Below, piece by piece: positions 40,690 to 54,390 of a DNA stretch of 64,000 bases. Below the pieces are notes generated by a model. It was not told where the DNA came from and searched no databases. It saw only the letters and a list, made by a program, of their open reading frames with translations. How positions within the stretch are numbered: position 1 is the first letter of the stretch; every line of letters starts with the position of its first letter. This stretch comes from the human T2T-CHM13v2.0 reference genome, Homo sapiens, in assembly GCF_009914755.1 (NCBI RefSeq), contig NC_060942.1, one strand, 5' to 3'. Both the position numbers and the translations under genes were made by a program.

Positions 40690-41950
40690 AACAATAAGAT
40701 GAAACTAGATACACATGTTTCACCTTACACAAGAATTATAGACGCTAATGTAAAATTCAGAATTATAAAACAACTAGAAAAATACATAGGAGATAATCTA
40801 TATAAAAATGAATTGGTTGAAAAGATTTTAGATAAAAAATTAAAAGTTTAATCCATGAAAAATAGATGTTAGGTTTTATTAAAATAAAAATTGTCCTTCA
40901 CAATGCATTGTTAAAAGAATAAAATTAAAATCCACAGAATGGAAGAGAATCATTGCAAAACACATATCTAGTATAAGACTGGTATCCAAAATATACAAAT
41001 ATATTTTAAAATTCAATTATAACATAACCCAGTTAGTTCAAACGTAACAACTCAACTAAGAAAAGGAAAAAATTCTTAGCAAACACTTTATCAAATACTC
41101 TATATAGATGGAAAATAGGGACATTAAAAGACACTTTACATTTTTGTAGATATTGAATTACAAATGTAAACAATAACAAAATAAAGTCAACATCGTTTAG
41201 AATGGCTAAAATTCAAAAGATCAACAATATCGTTACTGGAGACAATAAGCAAGAGGAACTCTTATTCGTTGCTAGTGGGAGTACAAAATGCTACAGCCAC
41301 TTTCAAAGGTAGTTTGGACATTTCTTACTAAGTAAACATTGTCTTAGAGTATAATCCATCACCTATATTTCCAAGGATATTTCCAAGTGATTTGAAAATT
41401 TATTTCCATAGAAAATCTAACAGATGAGTGTTTATAGCAGTGTTATTGATAATAACCAAAAAGTTAGAGCAAGTTGTTGACCTTCAATAGGTGAATGAAT
41501 AAACAAAAGGTGGTGTATCTGTACAATAAAATACTATTCAGTGATAAAAAAAGGGATAAGCAATCAAGCCATATACAGAGATGCATGCATCTTAGCTGCA
41601 TATTAATAAGTGAAAGAAGCCAATCTGCAAAAGTTTCATAGTGTATGATGCCATTTGTATGACATTCCGGAAGAAGCAAAATTACATCATCAGGAAACAA
41701 ATCAGAGGTTGACTATGTTTCAGAATGCAAAGAGGTTGACTACAATTGTGGAAACATGATGCCACGGATTTGTCAAAAGTCATAAAATTTTTATAACATA
41801 AGGAGTCAACCTTAATATAAAAATTTTAAAATATCATTTAGGTGGTTGGAGATATCAGGATATGATGCAAAATGTGCCAAATCAACTAACTCTAGTATAA
41901 ATGTATGAAACAAACTTACTAAAGTGAACAGGTAAGAAAGGAACTGACAT
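40690..41950 (+). mobile_element. L1MC3-like 3' portion
   Basis: Degraded ORF2 end and 3'UTR taagtgaaagaagccaatctg...atgacattccggaagaagcaaaatta. Confidence 0.7.
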
Positions 41951-42015
41951 AGGGTAGATATAGATCAAGAGAATTTAATTGAAAATCTGAAATCAACCTT
42001 AATATTTAAGGTTAA

Positions 42016-42387
<372 letters not shown>

Positions 42388-43267
42388 TAATTCACTGGGG
42401 AAAATAGTCTTTTCAAGCAATTGTGCTGAGACAACAGGATGGGCACATGAAAATGAATCACACACATACAAACATTAATTAAAAATGTATCATAAAGTTC
42501 ATATAAAATCTAAAACTATTTTTAAAAGATTTAAAGGAAATATAGGACTAAATATTCATGACTTTGGATCAGACAAAACTTTCTAAGATATTACACTAAA
42601 AATACAAGCAACAAAGGAAAAAATTTTGATACATTTGGTTTCAACAAAATTAAAACCATTGTACCTAAAAGGACTCCATCAGTGAGTGAAAGCACAAACA
42701 CAGACTGGGATAACATTTTTGGAAATCATATATCAGATAAAGATTTGTATCTAGAATATTTGAGAATTCTTACAACTTGATAATACAAAGACAATTGGGG
42801 AAAGTGTATGAATGATCTTATGTGATGGCTAATAAACATCTAAAAAGATGCTCAATGTCATTAGCCATTTGAAAAATGCAATTCACCACAGCAAAAGAAA
42901 TACCACTTCATAGCTACTAGGATGGCTGTTATAAAAATGACAGACCATAATGTGTTGACAAGGGTGTGAGCAATTGGAACTTTCAGACATTTCTAGTTGG
43001 AATATAAAATGGTGCAGCCATTTTGGAAAGTAATTTGGTAGTTCCTCAAAAGATTAAACATAGATGTGCCTTATAATTCAGTGAATATACACTATATATA
43101 TATGTAATGAAAACATGTTTCCACACAAAATCCTGTGCCCAAATGTTCATAGCAACATTAGTCATAATAGCCAAAAAATAGAAACAACCTACATGCCTCT
43201 CAACTGACAAACAGATATATAAAATGAAGTATACCTAGATGATAAACTATTATTAAGCAATAAAAGG

Positions 43268-45873
43268 GCTTTTCTAGATATAGGGATGGTCAAACAGGGG
43301 TAGTTTGACTTCCTCCCTTCCTATTTGACTGTCTTTCTTTCTTTCTCTCGCCTGATGAACCTGGCCAGAACTTCCAATACTGTATCAGATACGAGTAGTG
43401 ACAGAGGGCATCCTTGTCTTGTTCCAGTTTTCAAAGAGAATGCTTCCAGCTTTTGCACATTCAGTATGATATTGGCTTTAGGATATTCATACGGGGCTCT
43501 TATTATTTTGAGATATGTTCCTTCAATACTTAATTTATGGATAGTTTTTAACATGAAGGGATGTTGAATTTTATCAAAAGCCTTTTCTGCATCTATTAAG
43601 ATAATCATTTGGCTTTGTCTTTCATTCTGTTTAATCACATTTATTGATTTGTGTATGTTGAACCAAACTTGCATCAAAGGGATGAAGACTGTTTGATCAT
43701 AGTGGACAAGTTTTTTGATGTTGCTGGATTCGGTTTGCCAGTATTTTGTTGAGGATTTTTGCATTGATGTTCATCAAGGATATTGGCCAGAAGTTTTTTC
43801 TTTGTTTGTTTTTTTTTTTTTTTTTTTTTTTTTTTAATCTCTCCCTGGTCTTGGTATCAGGATGATGCTGGCCTCTTAGAATGAGTTAGGAAGGAGTCCC
43901 TATTTTTCAGCTTTTTGGAATACTTTCAGTAGAAATGGTATTATCTCTTCTTTGTACATCTGGTAGAATTCACCCCAAAAGATTTTTAAGCTGATAAGCA
44001 ACTTCAGCAAAGTCTCAGGATACAAAATCAATTTGCAAAAATCACTAGCATTCGTATATACCAACAACAATCAAGCTGAGAGCCAAATCATGAATGAACT
44101 CCCATTCACAACTGCCACAAACAGAATAAAATACCTAGAAGTACAGCTAAGTAGAGAGGTGAAAGAACTCTACAAGAAAAACTACAAAACACTGCTCAAA
44201 TAAATCAGAGATAACACAAACAAATGGAAAAACACTCCATGATCATGGATAGGAATAATTAATATTGTGAAAATTGCCATACTGCCCAAAGCAATTTATA
44301 GATTCAATGCTGTCCCCATTAAACTACCATTGACATTCTTCACAGAACTAGAAAAAAATTATTTTAAAATTCATATGGAACAAAAAAAAAAGAGCCCAAA
44401 TAGCCAAGGCAACCCCTAGCAAAAAGAACAAAGCTGGAGGTATTACGCTACTTGACTTCAAACTATTCTACAGGGTTACAGTAACCAAAACAGCATGGTG
44501 CTGGTATGAGAACAGACATATAGACCAATGAAACAGAATAGGGAACCTGGAAATAAGACCTCACACCTACAACTATCTGACCTTTGACAAACCTGACAAA
44601 AGCAAGCAATGGGGAAAGGATTCCTTATTCAATAAATGGTGCTGGGATAATTGGCTAGCCATATGCAGAAGATTGAAATTGGACCCCTTCCTTATACCAT
44701 ATACAAAAATCAACTCAATATGAATTAAAGACTTAAATGTAAAATCAAAAACTATAAAAACCATGGAAGACAACCTAGGCAATACGATTTCAGGACATAG
44801 GGATTGGCAAAGATTTCATGCCCAAGATGCAAAAAGCAATTGCAACAAAAGCAAAAATTGACAAATAGGATCTAATTAAACTAAAGAGCTTCTCCATAGC
44901 AAAAGAAATTATCAACAGATTAAACAGACAACCTGCAGAATGGGAGACAGTTTTTGCAAGCAATGCATCTTACCAAGGCTCAATATCCAGCATCTATAAG
45001 GAACTTAAACACATTTACAAGAAAGAAACAAACAACCCCATATAAAAGTGGGCAAAGGACATGAACAGACAGTACACAAAAGAACACATGCATGTGACCA
45101 ACAATCATGAGAAACAGCTCAACCTCACTGATCATTAGAGAAATGCAGTAACCACAATGAGATACCATCTCACACCAGTCAGGATGGCTATTACTAAAAA
45201 GTAAAAAAGTAACAGATACTGGTGAGGTCGCAGAGGAAAAAGAACACTTATACACTGCTGGTGGGAATGAAAATTAGCTCAACCACTGTGGTAGACAGTG
45301 TGAAAATTCCTCAAAGACCTAAGGACAAAAATAGCATTTGACCCAGCAATTGCATAACTGGGTATATACCCAAAGGAATATAAATCATTCTGTTATAAAG
45401 ACACATGCACACATACGTTTATTGCAACTCTATTCACAATAGCAAAGACATGGAATCAACCTAAATGCTCATCAATGATAAATAGGATAAAGAAAATGTG
45501 GTACATATGCACCATGTAACACAATGTAGCCATAAAGAACAATGAGATTATGTCCTTTGCAGGGTTATGGATGGAGCTGGAGGCCATTATTTTAGAAAAC
45601 TAACACAGGAACAGAAAACCAAATACTACGTGTTCTCCTTTATAAGTGGGAGCTAAATGATAAGAATACATGAACACATAGAGGAGAACAACACACACTG
45701 AGGCCTATCAGAGTTTGGAGGGTTGGAGAAGGGAGAGGATCAGGGAAAATAACTAATGTGTACTAGGCTTAATACCAGGGTGATGAAATAGTCTGTACAA
45801 CAAACCCCCATGGCACACATTTACCTATGTAACAAACGTGCACATGTACCCCTGAACTTAAAAAAAGTTTAAA
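43268..45873 (+). mobile_element. L1PA13-like, 5'-truncated with 5' inversion (43268-43972 antisense, 43973-45873 sense)
   Basis: 13-bp TSD aagcaataaaagg at 43255-43267 and 45874-45886. Antisense RT text [16 protein letters not shown]...GTRQGCPLS. Confidence 0.92.
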
Positions 45874-48249
45874 AAGCAATAAAAGGAATGAACTACCTAT
45901 ATTTGCTACAATATAGATGAACCGTTAATCATCACTCAAAATTAAAGAAGTTAGTTGCAAAAGAAGATATATTTCATGACTTCATCTATATGGAGTGTTC
46001 AGAATAGACAAATCTATAGGAAGAGATAGTGGATTCATGATTTTCTGGGACTAATTTGGGGGAAATTGAGAGGAAGAAGAGAGTGACTGCTGCTGGTTAC
46101 AGGGTTTCTTTCTGGAGTGCTAGAATTATCTTAAAATTAATTGTAGCAATAGTCATACAACTCTGTGAACACCCTAAAATATCCGTTGAATATTACACTT
46201 TAAATGGATGAATTGTATAGTATGTGAATTATATCTTAATAAAGTTGGTAGAAATAATCTATAGTAGCCTATTACTACTGTCTTCGTTTTGGCATGGATA
46301 TTGAATGTGAACAAAATAGGTTTCAATGATACAGATAATTCTCCATTTTGTTTCAGAAAGCATTACTAATACTGACATAAGTCTGCTTAAGTATTCTTTA
46401 TACTAAAATTATCTCAATAAAATATTTCTCCTTGGGACACATGTATACTGATGAGCTGAAAATAAAAGGAGGCTATGACTGAAAAAATACCTAAGGGAAA
46501 AAAAGAGAGAAAATATAGCTTGAATAACCACCTCTCCACAGATTTCTCACGTTCAAAGGGTGCAAAAACCAACATTAGCTCTAAGGATAGAAAGTGGCTC
46601 TGTGGCTTCATCAGAAAGGGAGTACGTTGTGAAACATACTAAGGTGAAAGAGAAAAACAAAGCCAGGAGGAGTATGCCTAGCAGGATCCTACTGATAACA
46701 ATAGTGATAATTAATTACATGTGCAGTGTTCAATGCTTTCCTTCCTGACAAGACAGCAGCAACACTATTATACCTTGCAGAGAGAAATTAAGGCCAAGAG
46801 AGCTCACCTTTGAACTACCTCTCTAATGTGTCATGTGTAGCCTGTGCTCCTTGTAATGAGCACAACCAGGAGAGGGCAGGTCTTCAGCACAAACAAAATA
46901 CAGCATATAAACCAGCTGCAGAAAACATCCAAATGCATTTGAAAAGATGGCCACAATCTCAGAATTTTGATAAATATTTCTTTTCTAGTGCAATTGTGTT
47001 GTATTATTTGGCTGTGTATTTTCAACTTGAACTGTTTGAGAAGATTTTGCATGCTGGAAATGGCATTGGTGCTCATTCCCAGGCCTTGAAAGATTATGTT
47101 TAGTAGGTAAAATAAAATTGAAATAATTTTATAGCAGAATGCTTGGAACAAAATTCCTTAGATATGCACCATTTTGAAAAACAAAATGATTCTAATATTA
47201 CTTAAAACAGCAGGAAATAAAATTTGCAAATTGTAGTTTTAAAGTTTCTGATAGTCATTATTAACAGGCTTTCCTTTTCCTGTTACTGGCATAATGTAAT
47301 TCTCAATGTGAGTGCAGTACGTTAAAATCAGTAATTTTGGTTTTGTATCCTTATACCTTTTAAACCTCAAATATAGCCTTTGTGGGCCTTGGTTTTCAAT
47401 TTGGATATCACGTAGTATCATCTAATTTGTAGGGTTATCCGGGGGATCAAGAGGGATATGTTTTAAAAACTGTTATTTTCTTTAAAATTGAAGGCATTAT
47501 TTTTGGAGTTTATGCACAAGCATGCTTGGAAGCAAGGTCGACAAGGTAAGATATTAGTGACAAATTGACTAAATCAAATATAAATATTTTTTAAAAGATT
47601 TTATTGATAAGAACATTACCATTGCCCTGTTAGATGGTGATTATGGCATTGACCCTGGGATTTGGCAAGGGCCACTATGCTAATAATTATATATCAAGTT
47701 GTTTATTTTTGGCACCCACATTTCTCTCTTATTATTTTCCTTCCCTGAGACTATGCTACTGTAGGAAATCATTCAAGGATGTCAGCTGTACTTTTTATTG
47801 CTCACCTAAGCCAGATGTTATTTTGGTCCATCTGTTCCAGCGTTCTCTGCCACAATATGAAAAACAACTGGGGGCTTTGAGGTGACACAGTAATTAACCT
47901 TGTAAATGGCATTAGTATCACAAGTGAAACCAACACTTCGTTTTGTGACTTTAGTCAATTAGCAGCAATTAATCTTGGTTGCTTTGCATAATAACCCCAT
48001 AATATTTTATAATTTGTTTAATGGTGTATGCTGTAAAAGTATTGTCCTTTGTTCCATTTTTGTTGATGTTTAGATTTCCCTCCCTGTTACAACGAGCTTT
48101 GGATATATCATTCTTTATGTTTGGGGAAATTATCTTTACTCCCTTGTGAATTATTAATTTGTTAAAAAAACATAAAGGATTGCTCAGTATCCATTGAATA
48201 ACATTTATAATTTACTTTATGTTTGTCTTATATTAATTTGAGCCATTTT

Positions 48250-50760
48250 TAAAGCCAAAATGAAGATGTCTTATTGGAAAGATACTAAAACAACATTTAC
48301 CAAAAAAGATTTTAGGTTATAGAAGTAAAAATTTAATAACTGCAATGGAGACTGATGAATTTAAGAGCAGATTAAACATAGAAGAGAACATTACTCTTTG
48401 AGAATTAATAAATTTGAATGTGACTCAACGAAGTATATATTTGAAAACTTACACAATAGAATATAGGTAAGAGGCAAAGAAAGGCATTTAAAATAAACTG
48501 TAACAATAACCAGAACAAAAGAATGTAGAAAAAATGAAAAAATACTGGGAAACTTTCTGATCAGCTATATTAAGAAAAACTTTAAAAAGTATTTTTCATG
48601 CTGAATGAGCTACATCTCAGAAGTATAAAGGAAAAAAATTAAAATATATATTTTTCAAAAATTAAAACATTTTCAAGAAATTAAATTTAAAATTTTAGTG
48701 AAAAATATTTACTTATACATACAGAAGCTCAAGCAGTTTAAATACAAAAAAAGGACTGACATATTAGATTCAAACTTCTGAAAAAGAAAAATATTGAGAG
48801 TATCCTGAAAGCAATCAGAGAAAAAAGACATTACATATGGAAAAACTAATCTACAACTGCTTGCCAAGTTTTCACTAGAAATAATAGATGACTAAATGCA
48901 GTGAAATGTCTATTTTAAGAGCTAAAAACATTTAGGTATTCATATATCTAATATTGGGAAGAATATAATATTTATATTAAATACAAGAAATAAAACATGT
49001 TGATAATCTTGAGATGAAAATATTCCTCAAAAAATAAGGCAAAATAAAGACATTCTCAATGAAATCGTGAGAACATTTACTTCAAACAGTTCCACACGGT
49101 AAAAATTGTTAGGATAAATTATTGAGTTTGGAAAGAATTTCTTTCAAGGAATTGATAGTTTGAAGCAAAGTTATGACAATATAATAAGGGTTTATAGTAT
49201 ACATAAAAGTAAATGTAAGACAATATTGATGGTTTTAAGAATAAAACGAGATTGATGTTCAAAGCAAAAATAAAGATAATGTACTAGGGGTTATAATTAT
49301 TAAAAAGTAAAATATAAAACAACAAGAAAACAAGATATGAGAAGGAGGAAATGTAATGCACTGCCATGAGATATTTACACTCTTTGTGACATAATATATT
49401 ATCTAAAGGTAGAATGACATAAACTAAAAATGTACATTGTAATCCTTGGAGCAACCAGTAAAAATGAGAAAATAGGTACGGCTAAGAAAGAAAATGCAGG
49501 GAATAACATGAATTGCTAACACTGTACAATTCACACAACTGAATTTAGAAAAAGAGGTACAAAGGAATAAAATAGTTAATAATAAAGAGCTATTTTAAAA
49601 GACATATCAATAAATATATTAAGTTGAAATAAATCTCCATTTAAAAGCTATATAATTTCAGTTGTATACAAAAACAAGCCCCAATTTCATGCTCTTTATA
49701 AAAACCAAACTTTAAATATAAAAATAAACAGTTTGAAAATGTTTAGAAAAAGACATAACTGCAAACACTAGACATAAATTAGCTAGATTGGCTACAATAA
49801 TACTAGAAAAAGTAGATTTCATTAAAAAATTATTAAAGAGATAAAGGGAAATATTTTATAATAGCAAACATTTTAAAATGTATAATAATCCTATATGTAA
49901 AAGTACCTAAAAACAGCATTTTTATGAATGAAGAAAGCATGAAGAAAGGTTGGCCAAATTAAAGAAAGGGGAAAAAAGCAAACCACAATGAAAATATGAG
50001 GTTTTAATATTTCTCTTTCAGCAATTTAAAAAAACAAGTAATAGAAGGATCAGAAAAGATGTTGAATATTTGAAATATAACTATTAAAAACTTTATATTG
50101 ATAATTGGAAGTTTGAGGATATTTTAGAATACAAGTATTTTTAAGTGTACATAGAACCTTCACCAAGTAGCATCAGATAATAAATTCCTACAAGCTACTT
50201 GCTCTGACCATAATGATATTAAATCAGAAAATAGTAACAACAAGAATCCAGGATAATGCTAAATATCTAGGAATTAAGTAATACAAACTAAATAAAACAC
50301 ATCTGATAGAAAAATAACATAAATTATAAAATATTTAAATTTAACTACAATTTGTAAAAATTACTGTTTGGAATGCAGCAAAAGTTTTTGTTAGATAGAA
50401 GTTTAAATTTTAAGTGTATATTTTAGAAAAGGAAAAGGACTTCAATCAAAATCTAAAGCTTTCACATTAGGAATATAGAAAAATGAAGGGCAAAGTAAAC
50501 CTAAGACAAGAAGGAGAAAGGATATAATAATTAGAGTGGAAATACATGAAAAAGAGTACAGAAAAACAATAAAGATATCAATAAAGCAAAAAACTATTTC
50601 TTTTAAAACATCAACAAAACTTACAATTCTTTACCTAGACCAATTAAGAAGAGAGAAAACACAGATTAATAACTGCACCACATATATATATATATATATA
50701 CACACACACAATAACATGAGTACAACTCATGAAATGTTGATTAAAACAAGTTAGAAGCAA
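48250..50760 (+). mobile_element. Highly degraded ancient L1M (ORF1/ORF2 5' region)
   Basis: A-rich with L1 relics atcctgaaagcaatcagagaaaaaagacattaca, tacaataatactagaaaaagtagatttca, ctctgaccataatgatattaaatcagaaaa. Confidence 0.65.
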
Positions 50761-50799
50761 ACAAATACATATTATGGTTCCATATATATACATATATAT

Positions 50800-51089
50800 A
50801 TTATTTTATTTATTTATTTTTGAGACTGAGTCTCACCCTGTAGCCCAGGCTGGAGTGCAGTGGCACAATGTCAGCTCACTGCAACCTCTTCCTCCCAGGT
50901 TCAAGCAATTCTTGTGCCTCAGGCTTACCGAGTAGCTGGGATTACAGGCGTGTGCCACCATGCCCAGCCAATTTTTGTATTTTTGGTAGAGACAGGGTTT
51001 CACCATGTTGGCCAGGCTGGTCTCGAACTCCTGCTCACCTTGGCCTCCCAAAGTGCTGGGATTACAGGCATAAGCCACCGTGCCCAGCC
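50800..51089 (-). mobile_element. AluS with a small deletion
   Basis: (TTTA)n tail. ctcgaactcctg^ctcaccttggcctcccaaagtg lacks ~15 bp of the left arm. Confidence 0.95.
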
Positions 51090-51131
51090 ATGTTTTATAA
51101 AATTATTGTTTCAATGATGCATATTAAGGAA

Positions 51132-51490
51132 TGTTATGGTCTGAATGTTTGCATACCTCCAAAATTAATATGTTGAAATCCTAACTGCCAAGGTGAGGTT
51201 ATTGAGAGATGGGGCTTTTAGGAGATGACTAAGTCACGAGGGCTCTTTGGATGGGATTAGTGTCCTTATAGAAAGAGATCCTGGAGAGCTTGTTTGCACT
51301 TACTTCCATGTGAGGCTACAATGAGAAGACAGCCGTCTATAAGAAAGCAGGGCCTCACCAGACACTGAATGCGTCGTTGCCTTGGTCTTGGCCTTTCCAG
51401 CCTCCAGAACTGAGAGTAATACATTTCTGTTGTTTATAAGCCACCTAATCTATGGCATTTTCATTACAGCAGCCCAAACGCACTAAGATG
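51132..51490 (+). mobile_element. MLT1A0-like solo LTR
   Basis: tgttatggtctgaatgtttg...ccagcctccagaactg...atttctgttgtttataagccacc...cagcccaaacgcactaaga. 5-bp TSD agga(a/g). Confidence 0.9.
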
Positions 51491-52339
51491 AGGAGATGAA
51501 TCTATAAAGAAATGCAAGTGAGAATAGTGGTTTTCTCTGAGTAGTGATTAAGTGTGGAATGAGGATGGCACTCGAATGGTTGATAATGTTCTATTATTGT
51601 TCTGTTGTTGTGCTTGCATGGTGTTCATTTTCTGAAAAATCACTGAGCAGTACATTTTAAAATATTTCTTATCTATATTTGTTGTATTTCACAATTTAAA
51701 AAAGATTTTTAAAACAAAGTTAGTGGTTCTTATTGAACAAATACAAGTGGTTTTCCAAAGTAAATACTTCTCTAAACTTAAAAAAACAAAAACAATAACA
51801 AGTATATATATAATTTGACTCTAAATTATTAATCTCTTCTCATGTAGTCACTTCAAAATAATACCTTCAGTCCTAATGTTATCAAACGTAACACATTTGA
51901 TGAAAGTTAAGACATGTACATGTACATGTCTATGCCAATGCTAAAAACACATTTTTGGTTCAACGTTCTTTTCTAAACTAATGACTAAACTAATTACTGT
52001 AAAACATTTGACTGTTTGGAGATGGTTTTAATCAATGAATTTGAACCACGAGTGTAATTATGTAGATGTATTAGCTATAGTGAGGCCTCTGTGTGTGTGG
52101 GTAAATCAACTATCAAAAACCCAACAAAGTCTAGAGAGCCGAAGGCTGGTTCTTTAGTTCAGCATTATAGGAAGACAATTTAAAACAAATGAATTAGAAA
52201 CTATTTACCTTAAAGGATAAATACAATTGATATTGCTGTAAATGCTTGAACATTAGCCAAGGGCATACATTTCAGATCATTACTGAACGCAAACTAGATT
52301 AAGTGAATAAACACTGCAATTCCCATATACTCTAATTTC

Positions 52340-52555
52340 ATTAGAACTTCCAGATATTGAAGGTCAGACACTGTTCTTGGTGTTTTATATTTACTATTCC
52401 TCAAACTTAAAATCTCACAAAAGAACTTGTAATCTTGATCTAAAGAAACAAAGGGTCATGGGGGGAAATTACCAAGTCTCAGATTCAAATATGTAAATTG
52501 GTAGAAGAAAAGTTTGAATCAAAATCTGTCTACGTCCAAAGACTTTTCACTATCT
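52340..52555 (-). mobile_element. MIR relic
   Basis: gtcagacactgttct...aatctcacaaaa...ggtagaagaaaagtttgaatcaaaatctgtctacgtccaaag. Confidence 0.55.
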
Positions 52556-53158
52556 ATCTCACTTATATTATCATTTTTGATAGTAATTTTAAAATCTATC
52601 TATATAGTAAGATGTATATGTAAGATATATAGTTGTATATATAAGATATACAGATATATAATAAAGTATAATATATATGTTTGAGGCACTTGCACTCTTT
52701 TACTTGATGAATATTTTGTAATATAAAATAGAAATCCACATCCATCTCCAAGATTCCAAATGTATGTTCAATTTCTTCTTCTTCCACAAATAACTCAAAT
52801 AAGGAAGCATTTATATTTATCTCCCTCTTGAATATCCAATGAAACAATTTTACTTGCACAGCTACATTAGAACAGTCTGATGTTATTTGTTGTAGGGATG
52901 ACTTTACCATACCTCACTACTTCATTTGTATACTCAAAATCAACAGAGATTTGTGAGCTTTTATATCCATTCTAGTACCTTCTACTTTAACAATTGATTT
53001 GCCACTTGGATAAATCACTCTTATTCCTCAAAAAAGGCAAAAGAATATGGTATTTGCTCTAAAGTTCCCAGCCTCTGTTGTGGTTTATAAAGACGGTCTG
53101 CAGAATTTAACTCTTGGAATAGAGAGACATGCAATTTAATTCACAATGAGCCTCACCC

Positions 53159-53297
53159 TTGTGAAAAAAGATGTCAACAGTAATGATATGTTTGGTGTTT
53201 TTAAACCACTATCCGGATGTATAGTTCATAGATTTCATAAAAAGTGGTTTAAAAATAATACCAAACATATCATTACTATTGACATCTTTTTTCACAA
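53159..53297. repeat. Near-perfect inverted repeat (52/55-bp arms, 32-bp spacer)
   Basis: Arms 53159-53210 and 53243-53297 are reverse complements except for 2 substitutions and a 3-nt indel. Confidence 0.95.
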
Positions 53298-54034
53298 TAT
53301 CTGAAAGTTCTAATGGTGCAGTTACCTGAAAAATCTGATGACTACAATGATACAAAATTTTCTAACATATTTACTTATGTCTTACTTTAGAAAAGACTCA
53401 AAGTCTTGCTCAAGAGTGTAGTAAGGGATAGTTTAGTTAAGCTGTTCACTGGATTATGCTATTCCCTGATCATCTTTCAGCCTATAATATGACTTGTTCA
53501 CTATAATAGGAACAGTTGTGGGTTTTTGGTTTTTTTTCTGCTTTAGTTGACTGCTTAAACACCCTTTTCTTCTAAAGGTAACTATTCTGTTCATACTTCT
53601 TAGTTGAGGCAGTCCTGGGAAGTTTTTATATATTGTTTCCTAATGTGGCCATGGCTACTTGTTTCAGAAGAAAGAGCATTTGATGCAACGGCACACAATT
53701 GTAGACTCCATTGTGGACCAAAGAAAAGGCTGATGTGAGAGCTTTGCCTAACAATTTTGATTCCTTATCTTGTTGAATTTGAATGAGAGACATGGCATTA
53801 GGAAACTACATGAAATTAGAAGTAGAAGCAGAAAGCCCCTCAGAAAGACAAAAAGAAAAAATGGAATTGACAACTGAGCCACATTAATGTCCATATGTTA
53901 ATAAGACATTTAAAAAAACCACTCCTGAATGTTCTACTACTAGAATATTGGATATTTTATTAATTACTGCTAAGCTATCAGATCATTTAGTAATTCCAAA
54001 GAATTTACAAGACTTCGTGAAGTTTTCTCCCTTA

Positions 54035-54390
54035 AGTAAACATGATAATGTCAGATTATGTTCAGTATGATGAAGGAAATGCCAAGGGTAAATGATGGAG
54101 ACTTAGTAACTAGAAGTTTGGGGAGTGGGCTATTTTTGATATAATGGCTAAGAAAGCCTCGCTGAAGAACAATGTAAAGGGCTTGGGATTAGAAAGGGCT
54201 CACCATAGATGAGGAACAATACAAGAGAACAATTTGTTTAGATAGTGGTGGTCGAAAGGGACAGTAACATCAAAGAATGTTGAAGAAGTAGTCAGAGGCT
54301 AAATAATACTAACCCCAGTAGGCCATGCTGATAACTTTTTATTTTATTTTAAGAAAAGTGGGAAGCCACTGAAATATTTTAAGGAATAAA
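54035..54390 (-). mobile_element. L2 relic
   Basis: gtaggccatgctgataactttttattttattttaagaaaagtgggaagccactgaaatattttaag. Confidence 0.65.

Noticed and set aside
53480-53800. Possible very old LTR (MLT1K/LTR33-like) relic
   Set aside because: Similarity is too weak to call by eye.
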